Assembly (NCBI GenBank): GCA_044892525.1
Contig: CM097885.1
Span: 37,758,001 to 37,822,000, forward strand
Origin: Schmidtea polychroa
Lineage: Eukaryota
DNA: 64,000 nt
Reading direction: 5' to 3'
Part shown: positions 14,070 through 23,942 of the stretch, piece after piece
How positions within the stretch are numbered: the first letter of the stretch is position 1
Layout of the letters: every line of letters starts with the position of its first letter
Translations under genes and position numbers: made by a program
Notes under the pieces: generated by a model
Database searches by the model: none
The model's input: only the letters and a program-made list of their open reading frames with translations
What the model was told of the DNA's origin: nothing

Positions 14070-14572
14070 GTCAACCCATTTGCGGAGTGTGAAGCCATCA
14101 ATCTTGAAGAGGAGCTTGAGGAAAACCTGACTGATTTGAAAAATGATTTGGTTTTCAAAAGAATCTTTGTAGAAAAGAGCTGTCTGAGCTCTGGATATCT
14201 TTAAACAACAAATTTCCACGATTGAGCAGCAATGCAATAGAATTATTGTTGCCATTTGGAAGCTTTGTCTTTGCGAGCAGGGCTTTTCGACACTCACAAA
14301 AATAAAGTCAAAAAAGCGTGAGAGACTACAAATGATCCATAAAGAAATGCGTGTTTGTCTTTCGAAAATGGAGCTTCGCATCAACCATATTTGCGCAAAA
14401 AAGCAATCTCAAATTTCGCATTGAACAAAAATAAAATTTAATTGTATTCGATTCATTACTTGTAATTAAAAATTTATTCTAAGATTTTTAACTGTTGATG
14501 TTTTATATAGGGGTGTCTCGAGAAAAAAAATGGCTTAGGGTGCCGCGATGCGAAAAAGGTTACCCAACACTG
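14070..14572 (+). mobile_element. 3' part of Buster/Charlie-type hAT transposon
   Basis: Frames FYVNPFAECE...WISLNNKFPRLSSNAIELLLPFGS/LCEQGFSTLTKIKSKKRERL...KKQSQISH*; ends ggttacccaacactg followed by tactatat. Confidence 0.8.
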
Positions 14573-15571
14573 TACTATATCAATAATTTTTCTATTGAAA
14601 TTTATTTGGCTTAAGTGTTAATGGAAGTATAAAAATTAAAAATAAAACAAATATTGGCCAACAAAAAATTTATCTTGTAATTTTTACTGAAACTCAAATA
14701 TTTTTCAATTCCAGCTTCTCTATTAATTTTACATATATTGTCAAACATTACATTTAATTAATATTGAATTTATTTTTAATTTCTTTAGACACTTTAATAT
14801 TTACATTAATTATTAATATGTGAAAAAAATAAATATAAATTTATTTCAGCTATAAAAGAAAATTATTCTAACACTGAAAGAATTAGATATTTTCAAACAA
14901 TTCATTTTTTTGCATATAAATTAGTAAATTTTGATTTAACACTCTCTACACCTCAACTCTAGTTTTGAGTTAATTTTGCAATTTATATTCAAATCCCCAC
15001 AACTGTCAGGGTCATCCTAATTAAGAAAATTATATTTGGTTGCAAATATCGAATAAGTAGTATATTAAAATATAAATATTTCTAATTTAATTTGATTTTC
15101 ATTTTATTTTATCTTCATTTCCTTTCAGATTATAAATCAATATTTTATTTTATATTTAATATTAATTGTCGGTGCAGTTTTTGATCAATAATCGGAAAAG
15201 AAATGAAGATTAGGGAAAGTAAAAATTAAAAATAATTAAAAGATTGATGGTGAAAAAAGATAGAAAATTTTATTAATAATTTAATTTGAGATAATTTGGA
15301 CTTCATAAAAAGTTTTTTACATTTAAATTAAATTATTCAATTTTATTTATTTTATGATTAGTGTGATGTTATTTTATAATTATTATTTAATATTATGCAA
15401 ATTGCAAATTATTAAGAATAATAAAAAACAACACTCTATAGCAATGGGTTCAAACTTCCAAAGCTCGCGGAACCTTTATGTGATATAAATTTATTTATGG
15501 ATACTTAGCTTTTTATATGCTTTTTAACTTAAATCATCGATCTCTACTTACTTATATGTATGTTTTATTAT

Positions 15572-15723
15572 AGTTAAATCCATCTTTAGATCCATCTTTA
15601 AATTTGCAGCAAAAATCTCGAAACTAACAATATATATTTAATCAAAGAATTTCTAAATAACAAGTTTTAATTAATTCGCAAAACCGCCAATTCCAAATTA
15701 TTTAAACAAACAGATATCTAACT
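15572..15723 (-). repeat. 3' LTR (AGTTA...TAACT)
   Basis: Identical to 20124-20275. Confidence 0.95.
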
Positions 15724-15734
15724 CTCCCCTTCTT
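15724..15734 (-). promoter_or_regulatory. Polypurine tract AAGAAGGGGAG
   Basis: Abuts the 3' LTR and overlaps the pol stop codon. Confidence 0.9.
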
Positions 15735-18700
15735 AAGAATTTTTCCACTTCTTCAGCCACTCGATTCTTCTTTCTTTCGTTCCTTCTTGTGAATGTAGTT
15801 CGACTCGATGAGGTGATAGAAATCTGGCGATTTTATATGGGCCATCGTATTGCATACCATCCTTGTGCCTGTTCTGCGGCTCTTTACGTACGAGTACCTC
15901 CTCCCCCACCTCGAAGACACGAGTGCCCCTCTTTGTCTTATCCATAGCTCTCATAGTGTCTGCGGCTTTACTCGAATTAAATCTCGCGTCTTCGATTCTT
16001 TCGCTTCTTGATATCTCGGCTTGTTTCAGGTTAGAGTGTAGGTTAACACTCCGTCCATAGATTATCTCAAATGGTGATAAACCTGTAGCACTTTGTCGAC
16101 TGCTATTTATAGTGAACTCTATTCTGGGTAGAAGTTCGTGCCAGTTTCTCTCTTCACATCCGCCTGCCAATGTTGCTGTAATAAGATCTCTTATCGTTCG
16201 TATGGCTCTTTCGGCTAAACCATTTGATTGGTGCTGATAAGGTGAGCTGAATTCCTGTTTGATTCCAAGTTTCTGTAGCTTCTGTCTTAGGAAATTCCCT
16301 TCGAAATTTCGGCCTCTATCTGTTAAAATGCTCTTCGGTTTTCCAAATCGATAGATCCAACTATTAAGTATTGTTTTGAAAATGGTCCCTTCGTCTTGCT
16401 TTGTGATTGCAGTTAAAGAAATCAGTTTGCTAAAACGGTCCACCATTACTACCATATATTTTTTCATGGCGTTTATTTCCATGTAAGCCACATCTAAAAC
16501 AATCTGTTCTAGGAATTCAGAGCTATATCTAGGAATAAATGTTTCCTTGGTTCTTGTCTGATCGATCTTTCTCTTAGCGCAGATCTCGCAACATCGTAAA
16601 CAGAGTTGGATTGTTTCTTGCATTTTCGGCCAATAAAATATCTTTTCCATATAATGAAATAATTTCTTAACTCCAATGTGACATAGTTCTTCATGTAGTG
16701 TTGTTGTTAACAGGCCTGCAAATGTTTCTGGGACTAACATTAAGATATTTTTGTTCTTTTCTACTGTTATTAATCCTCCATCAATTCGTGTATTTTTTAC
16801 GTTAAAAGGAAAACAATTCTTTTTCTCCCGTGTACATCCATTTTCCAATATCTCTCGCAGCTCTTGAAACCGAATGTCCTTTTGTTGTTGTTCCCATACT
16901 TTTTCCATAGCTTCTGTTCTTTGGATAGTATATATATATCTAATCTTTGATTTTCCTTGCTTAGCTTCTTCATGTCTTGTTTGACACTGGGTGCAAATCA
17001 TACTTTTTAATCTTGATAGTCCATCTGCATTCGAGTGTTCTTCTCCTTTCCGATATTTTAGTTCAAAATCATATTCCGACAGGTTAGCTAACCATGTTTG
17101 GAACTGCGGACTGATTGGCGTTTTTGTAGTGTTCATGAAAACCAATGCCTTGTGGTCGGTGCGAATTATGAATTTTTTTCCGTACAGATATTCTCTAAAA
17201 TGCATGACGTATTCATGTACGGCGAGCAGTTCTTTCCTGGTTACACAGTATCCCTTTTCATGTGATGACATATGTCTCGAGCCATAAGCTATGACAGATT
17301 CTTCTCCATCTTCTGTAATTTGACTCAAAACTGCACCAATGGCTCCAAAACTAGCGTCTGTGTCTAAGATAAAAGTCCTATCTTCTCTTGGAAAATCAAG
17401 GATAGGTGCTTCGCACAACCGTCTCTTCAGAGTTTGGAAGCTCTCATTGCATTCTTTAGTCCAATTTATATCTTTATCGCATCCAGATGTTGCAGCGTAT
17501 AATGGTTCGGCGATTTTGGCATAGTCTTTGATGAATCTTCTATAGTAGTTCGTTAATCCGAGAAACGATCTCAATTGTTTTGAACATTTTGGTACTTCTG
17601 CTTTCTCGATCTCTTCCACTTTCTTCCTGTTTGTCTGGATACCCTTCTCGTTAATTGTGTGACCAAGGAAACACAATTCTGTTTTATTGAATTTGCATTT
17701 TTCTGGATTTATCTTCAGTCCTGCCACTTGAATTCTTCTGAATATTTCCCTTAATAGCTCATCGTGGTCTTTTTGACTTTTACCATATACCAAGATATCA
17801 TCTAGATAAACTACTACTCCCTTGAATAGCATTCCTTCTAGCACTGTGTGCATCAGTCTCTGGAATGTCGCAGGAGCTGTTGCTAAGCCAAATGGTAGTC
17901 TATGGAAGCAAAATTGTCCTTCTCTTGTACTGAATGCAGTCATCTCTTGAATTTCTGGAGCTAACTCCACTTGATAATACGCCTGACCTAAATCGATTGA
18001 CGAAAATATTTTTGCATTCGCGAGACAGTCTAGTAAGAATTTGCTGTTAGGCATCGGAAATGACTCTTTTTCTGTTATGGAATTTAATCCACGATAATCT
18101 ACACACATCCTGATAGATCCATCTTTCTTCCCTACTATCACTAACGGGGCATTCCAAGGACTCTTGCAACACCGAATAACATTTGCTTTCATTAACTCTT
18201 TTATCAGTTCTTCAATCTTTTTCTCCATGTGCATTGGTTGACGTCGAGGATGTTGCATTATTGGGCCTCCTGTTATCCGCATCTCATGTCGAACTAAGTT
18301 TGTAAATCCCAGATCGAATTTCGATGCCATAAAAATTCCGCCGAATTCCCTGATCATTCCTTCAATATCTTTATTATTCTCACCTGCCATCGCCACTAGT
18401 GCTTTATTTATTCTTTCTTCATCAGTGTAAATTTTATTTATCAATGACGTTTCTATATTATTGATTTTCATTAACTTTACTCCAAACTCTTTCATTGTAT
18501 CAATGCCCCCTATGAATTCGGGTTTGATCTCTTTTACCACTACTACTGTGATCATTTTGGTCTTCTGATTCCACGTGGCCGGTATAGTCATGTATCCCAT
18601 TGCTTCTTCACCTCCAGTTGAAAAAACTCCGCACAATAATATCATACAACGTTTAAGTTCTGGTTTGCCTATTTTCTCCCACAAATTCTTGCTCATAACT

Positions 18701-18792
18701 GTTACTGATGCTCCAGAATCCCATAACATCTCTGTTTCGGCATTATTCAACATTATTTTACTCCAATTTCTTCCATCTTTCGTCTGGTACAT
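15733..18792 (-). CDS. pol: Pol polyprotein (aspartic protease, RT, RNase H, integrase); frame open upstream into gag end
   Basis: LWDSGAS protease; RMCVDYRGLN, LPFGL, VYLDD RT; LDTDAS...ELLA RNase H; H-H-C-C zinc motif, LDVA, TDRG, ERAI integrase; Ty3 domain order. Confidence 0.97.
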   Translation of the reverse strand: MYQTKDGRNWSKIMLNNAETEMLWDSGASVTVMSKNLWEKIGKPELKRCMILLCGVFSTGGEEAMGYMTIPATWNQKTKMITVVVVKEIKPEFIGGIDTMKEFGVKLMKINNIETSLINKIYTDEERINKALVAMAGENNKDIEGMIREFGGIFMASKFDLGFTNLVRHEMRITGGPIMQHPRRQPMHMEKKIEELIKELMKANVIRCCKSPWNAPLVIVGKKDGSIRMCVDYRGLNSITEKESFPMPNSKFLLDCLANAKIFSSIDLGQAYYQVELAPEIQEMTAFSTREGQFCFHRLPFGLATAPATFQRLMHTVLEGMLFKGVVVYLDDILVYGKSQKDHDELLREIFRRIQVAGLKINPEKCKFNKTELCFLGHTINEKGIQTNRKKVEEIEKAEVPKCSKQLRSFLGLTNYYRRFIKDYAKIAEPLYAATSGCDKDINWTKECNESFQTLKRRLCEAPILDFPREDRTFILDTDASFGAIGAVLSQITEDGEESVIAYGSRHMSSHEKGYCVTRKELLAVHEYVMHFREYLYGKKFIIRTDHKALVFMNTTKTPISPQFQTWLANLSEYDFELKYRKGEEHSNADGLSRLKSMICTQCQTRHEEAKQGKSKIRYIYTIQRTEAMEKVWEQQQKDIRFQELREILENGCTREKKNCFPFNVKNTRIDGGLITVEKNKNILMLVPETFAGLLTTTLHEELCHIGVKKLFHYMEKIFYWPKMQETIQLCLRCCEICAKRKIDQTRTKETFIPRYSSEFLEQIVLDVAYMEINAMKKYMVVMVDRFSKLISLTAITKQDEGTIFKTILNSWIYRFGKPKSILTDRGRNFEGNFLRQKLQKLGIKQEFSSPYQHQSNGLAERAIRTIRDLITATLAGGCEERNWHELLPRIEFTINSSRQSATGLSPFEIIYGRSVNLHSNLKQAEISRSERIEDARFNSSKAADTMRAMDKTKRGTRVFEVGEEVLVRKEPQNRHKDGMQYDGPYKIARFLSPHRVELHSQEGTKERRIEWLKKWKNS

Positions 18793-18839
18793 CTCTTCTT
18801 CTGCCTCGTCTCTTCGTTGTTCATTTCCTATTTCACAAT

Positions 18840-20147
18840 TTATTGTCTTGACTCCACCGACGAAATGAAACCCATGGAGTCGCTGATGTTTTTTCCGTCT
18901 TCTCTCAATATAGTATATTTCTCAGGGACATTGTATCTATCTTCCATATTGCTGTGATCCATTCTGAAATCCTGGCTGTTCTCGGTGTAATCTCTTGTTT
19001 CAGATTTTGAATCTTCTTCTTCTATGCACGCTATTCTTTGATATCGTTGTGGAACATCTTTCCGTAACGAAAAACAATCTCGGAACCCGTGTCCTTCCTT
19101 GCCACATATCAGACATTTATTTCCCAGTGGACACTCATACCTTCTATGTCCCCTTTCGCCACAGCAAAAACAATCACCTACCGTTAATTTTGGGACCGAT
19201 GCTTGTGGTAGTCCCCTACTTTCATTGTACAGCCTCCTTGCAATATTCTTCATGGATATTGTTGGCAGCTTCCTTTCTGAGCTATTCGGGATTCTCGCAT
19301 TTCTCAAGAATTGTTGTCTTGGAGATTGTTCTCGACGACCATGGTTATTTCCTTCGTATTGTATTGGTCCGCGTATAGGATGTTCGTCTCTTCTTGATCT
19401 GTGGTGACTAAATTGGTCCTCTGGTAGTCTTCTTTGTGATGATGTATGCATGGGATCTTGGGTATTCTTTTGAATTCTCATCTTCCCTCCCTCAGTCACG
19501 CTAGCGTATGTTCTTTGACCGATTGCTTTAATAAATTCTGTTTTATGGTTTCCATTTTTGTTACTTTCAAAAATTTTCGCCAATGATCTCGTTTCTTCAA
19601 TTTTTGTTTCTGGTTTCGTCAATAGTATCTCTCTCAGTCTCGCATCGCGTGCTTTATTTGCGATGAGATCTTGAACAATATCTTCTTCTGATCGTCCTGA
19701 ATTTATAACTTCAGCTAAAGCTTTCCTTAGCCGTATTTCAAAAGCTGCAAACCTTTCATCATCTTCCTGTTCCATAGCTGCCAATTCTCTGATTTTGTCA
19801 GTTATTGATTTTGTAATTGTGAACGTATTTAAGAACCACGCTTTGGCTTTTACATCTGTTGTTTCTGTTTCTCTGACGTTTCCCCACAATGTCTTTGCTT
19901 CTGCCACTAATAACACATCGAAAGTGCTTGTCAATCGCTGTCCATTTGTCAGCAACCATTCTTCTATATCCCTGATCCATTCTTCGGCTTCTTTTAAACC
20001 TCGTCCATCATATCGTCTGATGTTCAATGTGAGCATGTCTTGGCATGATTTCCGTAGGCATTCCATTAGCGATTTTGTCGATTTTGAAATGGCGTTGATA
20101 TTTTGATTTTCGGCGTGGTCGCCAGTTAAATCCATCTTTAGATCCAT
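18840..20147 (-). CDS. gag: Gag with two CCHC zinc knuckles
   Basis: 435 aa; CFCCGERGHRRYEC and CLICGKEGHGFRDC; RYDG...AEEWI capsid-type motif. Confidence 0.93.
   Translation of the reverse strand: MDLKMDLTGDHAENQNINAISKSTKSLMECLRKSCQDMLTLNIRRYDGRGLKEAEEWIRDIEEWLLTNGQRLTSTFDVLLVAEAKTLWGNVRETETTDVKAKAWFLNTFTITKSITDKIRELAAMEQEDDERFAAFEIRLRKALAEVINSGRSEEDIVQDLIANKARDARLREILLTKPETKIEETRSLAKIFESNKNGNHKTEFIKAIGQRTYASVTEGGKMRIQKNTQDPMHTSSQRRLPEDQFSHHRSRRDEHPIRGPIQYEGNNHGRREQSPRQQFLRNARIPNSSERKLPTISMKNIARRLYNESRGLPQASVPKLTVGDCFCCGERGHRRYECPLGNKCLICGKEGHGFRDCFSLRKDVPQRYQRIACIEEEDSKSETRDYTENSQDFRMDHSNMEDRYNVPEKYTILREDGKNISDSMGFISSVESRQ
20114..20124 (-). promoter_or_regulatory. Primer-binding site TGGCGACCACG (probably tRNA-Arg)
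   Basis: Directly at the 5' LTR end; complementary to a tRNA 3' end ...CGTGGTCG-CCA; tRNA identity is inference. Confidence 0.85.
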
Positions 20148-20275
20148 CTTTAAATTTGCAGCAAAAATCTCGAAACTAACAATATATATTTAATCAAAGA
20201 ATTTCTAAATAACAAGTTTTAATTAATTCGCAAAACCGCCAATTCCAAATTATTTAAACAAACAGATATCTAACT
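20124..20275 (-). repeat. 5' LTR (AGTTA...TAACT)
   Basis: Identical to 15572-15723. Confidence 0.95.
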
Positions 20276-20660
20276 ATTATATATATAAATTCAAATTTCT
20301 TCAAAAATAAAAAAATTTAATGTAACATCTACTTACACAATAGAAAATGTAAAGATAATAAAATTAATTTAATGACTTGGGTGAGCTTGCTTTTTAACAC
20401 ATAATTTGACGATATTTGAAGAAATTTATGTTAATTGTAGACGCATGACATTTTCTGCATCAAGTTTGTTTCTGTATTTTGTCTTCGTAGCAATGTAAAG
20501 AGAGAATAATCTCACGCAAAGATATGTTGTTGCGAAAGGCATTAATACTTTTACGGCTCGTTCGGAAATTTTCGGATATTCATTCAATAATTGAATCCAA
20601 AATGTAACAATTTCAACCTGGCGAATTGTAGTTTCTCATGTTGTGTCTGTAGATATGTGT

Positions 20661-20856
20661 CTCCAATCTCTTATTTTATAGTAAAAAGACCTTAAATTTT
20701 TACACTTTTAACTCATTTAGAGCCTTTATTTTGAACACAAATACCCATATGTTTTCTGCTTTAAACCCTATAAACATAAAGAAAATAGGAGAAGAGATGG
20801 AAATTCACAAACTCCAGGTAGGGTTGCGTGCATGTGGGTCTTATATCCACTACTTA
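20661..20856. repeat. Left TIR (outer ~49 bp missing)
   Basis: Reverse complement of 30641-30836 with 4 mismatches in 196 bp; weaker similarity continues inward to ~20910. Confidence 0.93.
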
Positions 20857-21407
20857 TAGCAAATCGCCAAGTTGGCAAATTGCTAACTAAAATTATAAAT
20901 ATTTTATAAATCTTAATCTTGATGTCTTGAAGAATAAAAAATTTTATGAAATAGTAAAACTGCTCTGAGAGGACAGTGGTATTTTTTTTTTTTTTTTTTT
21001 TTCACTGTCCTCTCAACAGTTTTTTTGATCCGGATCATTTTTTTATTCAACCTCTTTCGTTTATCGAATCTCTTCCAATATACAAGCTGGCCAGACTCAT
21101 ACATCAGAATCAATTCGATCTCGAAAGTACAAATGAATTCGAAAGCGAATCCGAAAGAGGTCCGAAAACAACTGAGAAAGGGATCGATCCGGGTGTGTTC
21201 GAAAGACTGGTGGCGATAATTACCGGTTCACCATCACACCCGTTTCAATAATTTTTTTTTCATATTTATGTTTAAAAATTAATTAATTAATAAAATAAAA
21301 TAAATAAAATAAAATAAATAAAATAAAATATACAACTACTTTATAAATCTAAGATACCCACACCATTTTCAATATTATTTTCAAATTTTTATTATTATTT
21401 TATGTTG

Positions 21408-21488
21408 AAAAAAAACTAACCTCAGATGTGATTTGAACCGCTATCTATTTGAACCACTGTGCCAGTCTAGCCCACTGCGCTATCAGGC
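21408..21488 (-). ncRNA. Candidate tRNA-like RNA polymerase III transcription unit
   Basis: A-box TAGCGCAGTGG at +7, B-box-like GGTTCAAATC (partly duplicated), T8 run downstream; not a canonical cloverleaf. Confidence 0.4.
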
Positions 21489-21518
21489 TTTGGATTTTTA
21501 TTTATAAAATTCTAAAAA

Positions 21519-21740
21519 TTAAATAATCGATTCAAGTTCTTTAACTCTTTCCTGTAATTGTTTCATTTTCTTTAACCTTATCTCAGCAACTTCTACAGCT
21601 TTCATGTAAAAATGTCGATACTTTTCATTCTCTACCATCAACTCTTTGATGTATTCTAATGGTTCTTCTTCTCTTCTTTTCATTCTCTTATGTTTAACTT
21701 CATTCAATTCATTTCTCATTCTTTCAATTAAGTCAGTCAT
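21519..21740 (-). CDS. Small coiled-coil protein, unknown function (73 aa)
   Basis: TATAAAATG start context shared with other element ORFs; charged, helical composition. Confidence 0.6.
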   Translation of the reverse strand: MTDLIERMRNELNEVKHKRMKRREEEPLEYIKELMVENEKYRHFYMKAVEVAEIRLKKMKQLQERVKELESII

Positions 21741-21787
21741 TTTATAAATATTTTTTTTATTGGATATATTAATTTTAATATATAAAA

Positions 21788-23079
21788 ATGAATAATATAA
21801 ATCTCAAAATTCAAGAAAAAAATAAATTAAATCTTGATTATAATAAAGAATTTACTCATGAAATTAAAAAAATGATATTTTAAAAATCTCCCCAACTTCA
21901 GGATCTATTGCAAACTTAAATCGTAGGGGTGATATAGTTTTTCAATCTCTTCAAACATCAAACCCTATAGATATTTGTAATGCCAAATTATATTATAAAA
22001 TTGAATTAGAAATTGAAGCAAACAAAGATATAACCCTAGAAAATAATTTCTTTCCAAATTTATTCTCCAACATGAGATTAAAACTAGGATCATCAGAAAT
22101 TGAAACTGTTTTACATCCAGGAGTATATTCTACAATGTTAAATTTTATTTTAACTGGTTGTGATTATAAAAATGAATATGGTGAATTAACAGGCTGGATT
22201 CCTGACACTAATAAAGGGGATTTAGATAAAGATGGTTTAGATATAAATTATGGTTACCATAAAAGAGCTGAACTTTATAAATCTAAAAAATTTGAAGGTT
22301 ATTTTGAATTAAAACACTTATTTGGATTCCTTCAAAATTATAACCGTGTACTTCATAATGTTTTTATAGAATTCATCTGTAATAGACTAGAAGGTGATAA
22401 AAGATTGTTCTATGGAGCTGCAGATACAAAAGCTAAATTAAAATTATCAACACTTGAATTGCATATACCTGAATGGACATTAAACCCACATTCTGAAATC
22501 AAACTCCTTGAAAGATTAAATTCCAACAAGTCTATAAATGTAAATTATTTAAATAGAATCTGTAGTGAATTTAGTATGACAGAGGGTTCAACATATTCCA
22601 TAAAGGTAGCAAATTTAGCATACCGACCAAGATATATCTTGATTGGATTCAAAGAAGTAGATTCATCTTTCCAAAAAAAAACCAACTTGTTTATTCAAAA
22701 GATTGGAGATGATAATTTAAAAACAATCCAAATTCAATTAAATAGTTTTTATTATCCAATAAATAGAATGGAATTTAATATTGAAAATAATGAAAACATA
22801 TTCCCATATCTAAATTATATTGAAACATGTTATGATTTCAAAGTTGAACCACAATTAAGTTTAGAAGATTTCAAAAATTTATATTCTATATTTTGTATAA
22901 ATGTTTCAGACCAAGATGATCGCCTAGCCATAAATAATGTTGATGTTACACTTCATGTAACAAAGGATTCTAATTTTAAAACTAAAGTATATACATTAAC
23001 ATTAGAAGAAAAGAAAATAGAAATGAAATTATATGGTGGAAAGATTTCAATTATTGAAAATGTTAGGGGAGATTCTTAA
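21788..23079 (+). CDS. Major capsid protein (double jelly-roll), ~430 aa after correcting a 1-nt deletion in the A7 run at 21866-21872
   Basis: Motifs NNFFPNLFS, LKHLFGF, RPRYILIGF, LNSFYYP and DFKNLYSIFCINVSDQDDRL match my recollection of Polinton/adintovirus MCPs. The upstream frame (KISPTSGSIANLNRRGDIVF...) is continuous with ORF 22072. Confidence 0.82.
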
Positions 23080-23096
23080 TATTTTAACATTTTAAA

Positions 23097-23918
23097 ATGT
23101 CTTTAAATAAATATTGGAGATGCGAAACTTGTAATTGTCAAGTTACAAGACATCATAAAGCAAGTCATCTAAAAACTAAAAAACATACGAGAGTTGATAT
23201 TACAGGAGTCGATATTCCACGAGCTGGAGCCGACTTGCAATCTTCAAAAACAACATCTTCAATATTAAAACCTTTTACTACAGAAAAATATCCAGGTGAA
23301 AGACATTTATTTAAACACAACTATACCGGACCAGGAACAAGATTAGATATTAGATTAGATGAAACTAATAATCCTAAACAAGGATAAGAACCAATAAATA
23401 GAATTGATCAAGCAGCTTTAAAACATGATATTGCTTACAACTCAGAAGATCTTAGAGATAGACATGTGAATTTAATACATGATTTAAATAATATCCAAAA
23501 TCCATCAACACAAGAAAAGATTCAAAGAGCTCTAGTTAAATTAGCAATGAAAGGTAAGATTTTCATAGGCTTAGGACTTGGGCACCCCTTCCCTAGAATA
23601 GCAAAAGATGTTGCTAATAAAAAGATTATTGAACAAGCAGAGATTGAATCCAAGACTGATTCTTTTAATAGCTTATTAACCCCAACAGAATCACAAATAA
23701 AATATGCCAACGAATTACACCATGAATTTAGAAAAAATAAAAAATATTTAAAAGTTCAAGTACATGAAAAAGATCAAACATGGTCTGCAGATTTAGTCTT
23801 TATGCCAACCAAATCATCAGACCCTGAAAAATATAAAATAATTTTAACAGTAATAGATTTATATACACGATTTGCTTTTTTTCCGAGTATTGGTACCAGA
23901 TGGTGCTCAGAAGAATAA
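23097..23918 (+). pseudogene. Single frame: zinc finger + parvovirus-type PLA2 + N-terminal part of retroviral-type integrase; one internal TAA (23385-87); integrase truncated ~23885
   Basis: CETCNC...HLKTKKH; NYTGPGT...NRIDQAALKHDIAY (PLA2 Ca loop and HD catalytic motif); ANELHHEFRK...WSADLVFM...YKIILTVIDLYTRFAF (Polinton integrase first Asp). ORFs 23097 and 23466 are in the same frame. Confidence 0.85.
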
Positions 23919-23942
23919 AGTCTTATTTTTTTAATTATTAAA

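Larger units (their letters stand above)
15572..20275 (-). mobile_element. Complete Ty3/Gypsy LTR retrotransposon, 4704 bp, no env
   Basis: Two identical 152-bp LTRs, 5-bp TSD ATTAT (15567-71, 20276-80), PBS, PPT, intact gag and PR-RT-RH-INT pol. Confidence 0.97.

Noticed and set aside
15863-20106. Plus-strand ORFs overlapping Gypsy gag/pol, and 62938..63456 on the minus strand
   Set aside because: Antisense shadows of long coding frames, with no motifs.
20640-20670. Canonical 5-6 bp Polinton TSD with AG...CT at both ends
   Set aside because: The left outer terminus is absent; only the long duplication is present.
21150-21245. Hammerhead ribozyme in the GC-rich island
   Set aside because: The closest core is CUGAGAA, not CUGANGA, and the GAAA/stem arrangement does not fit.
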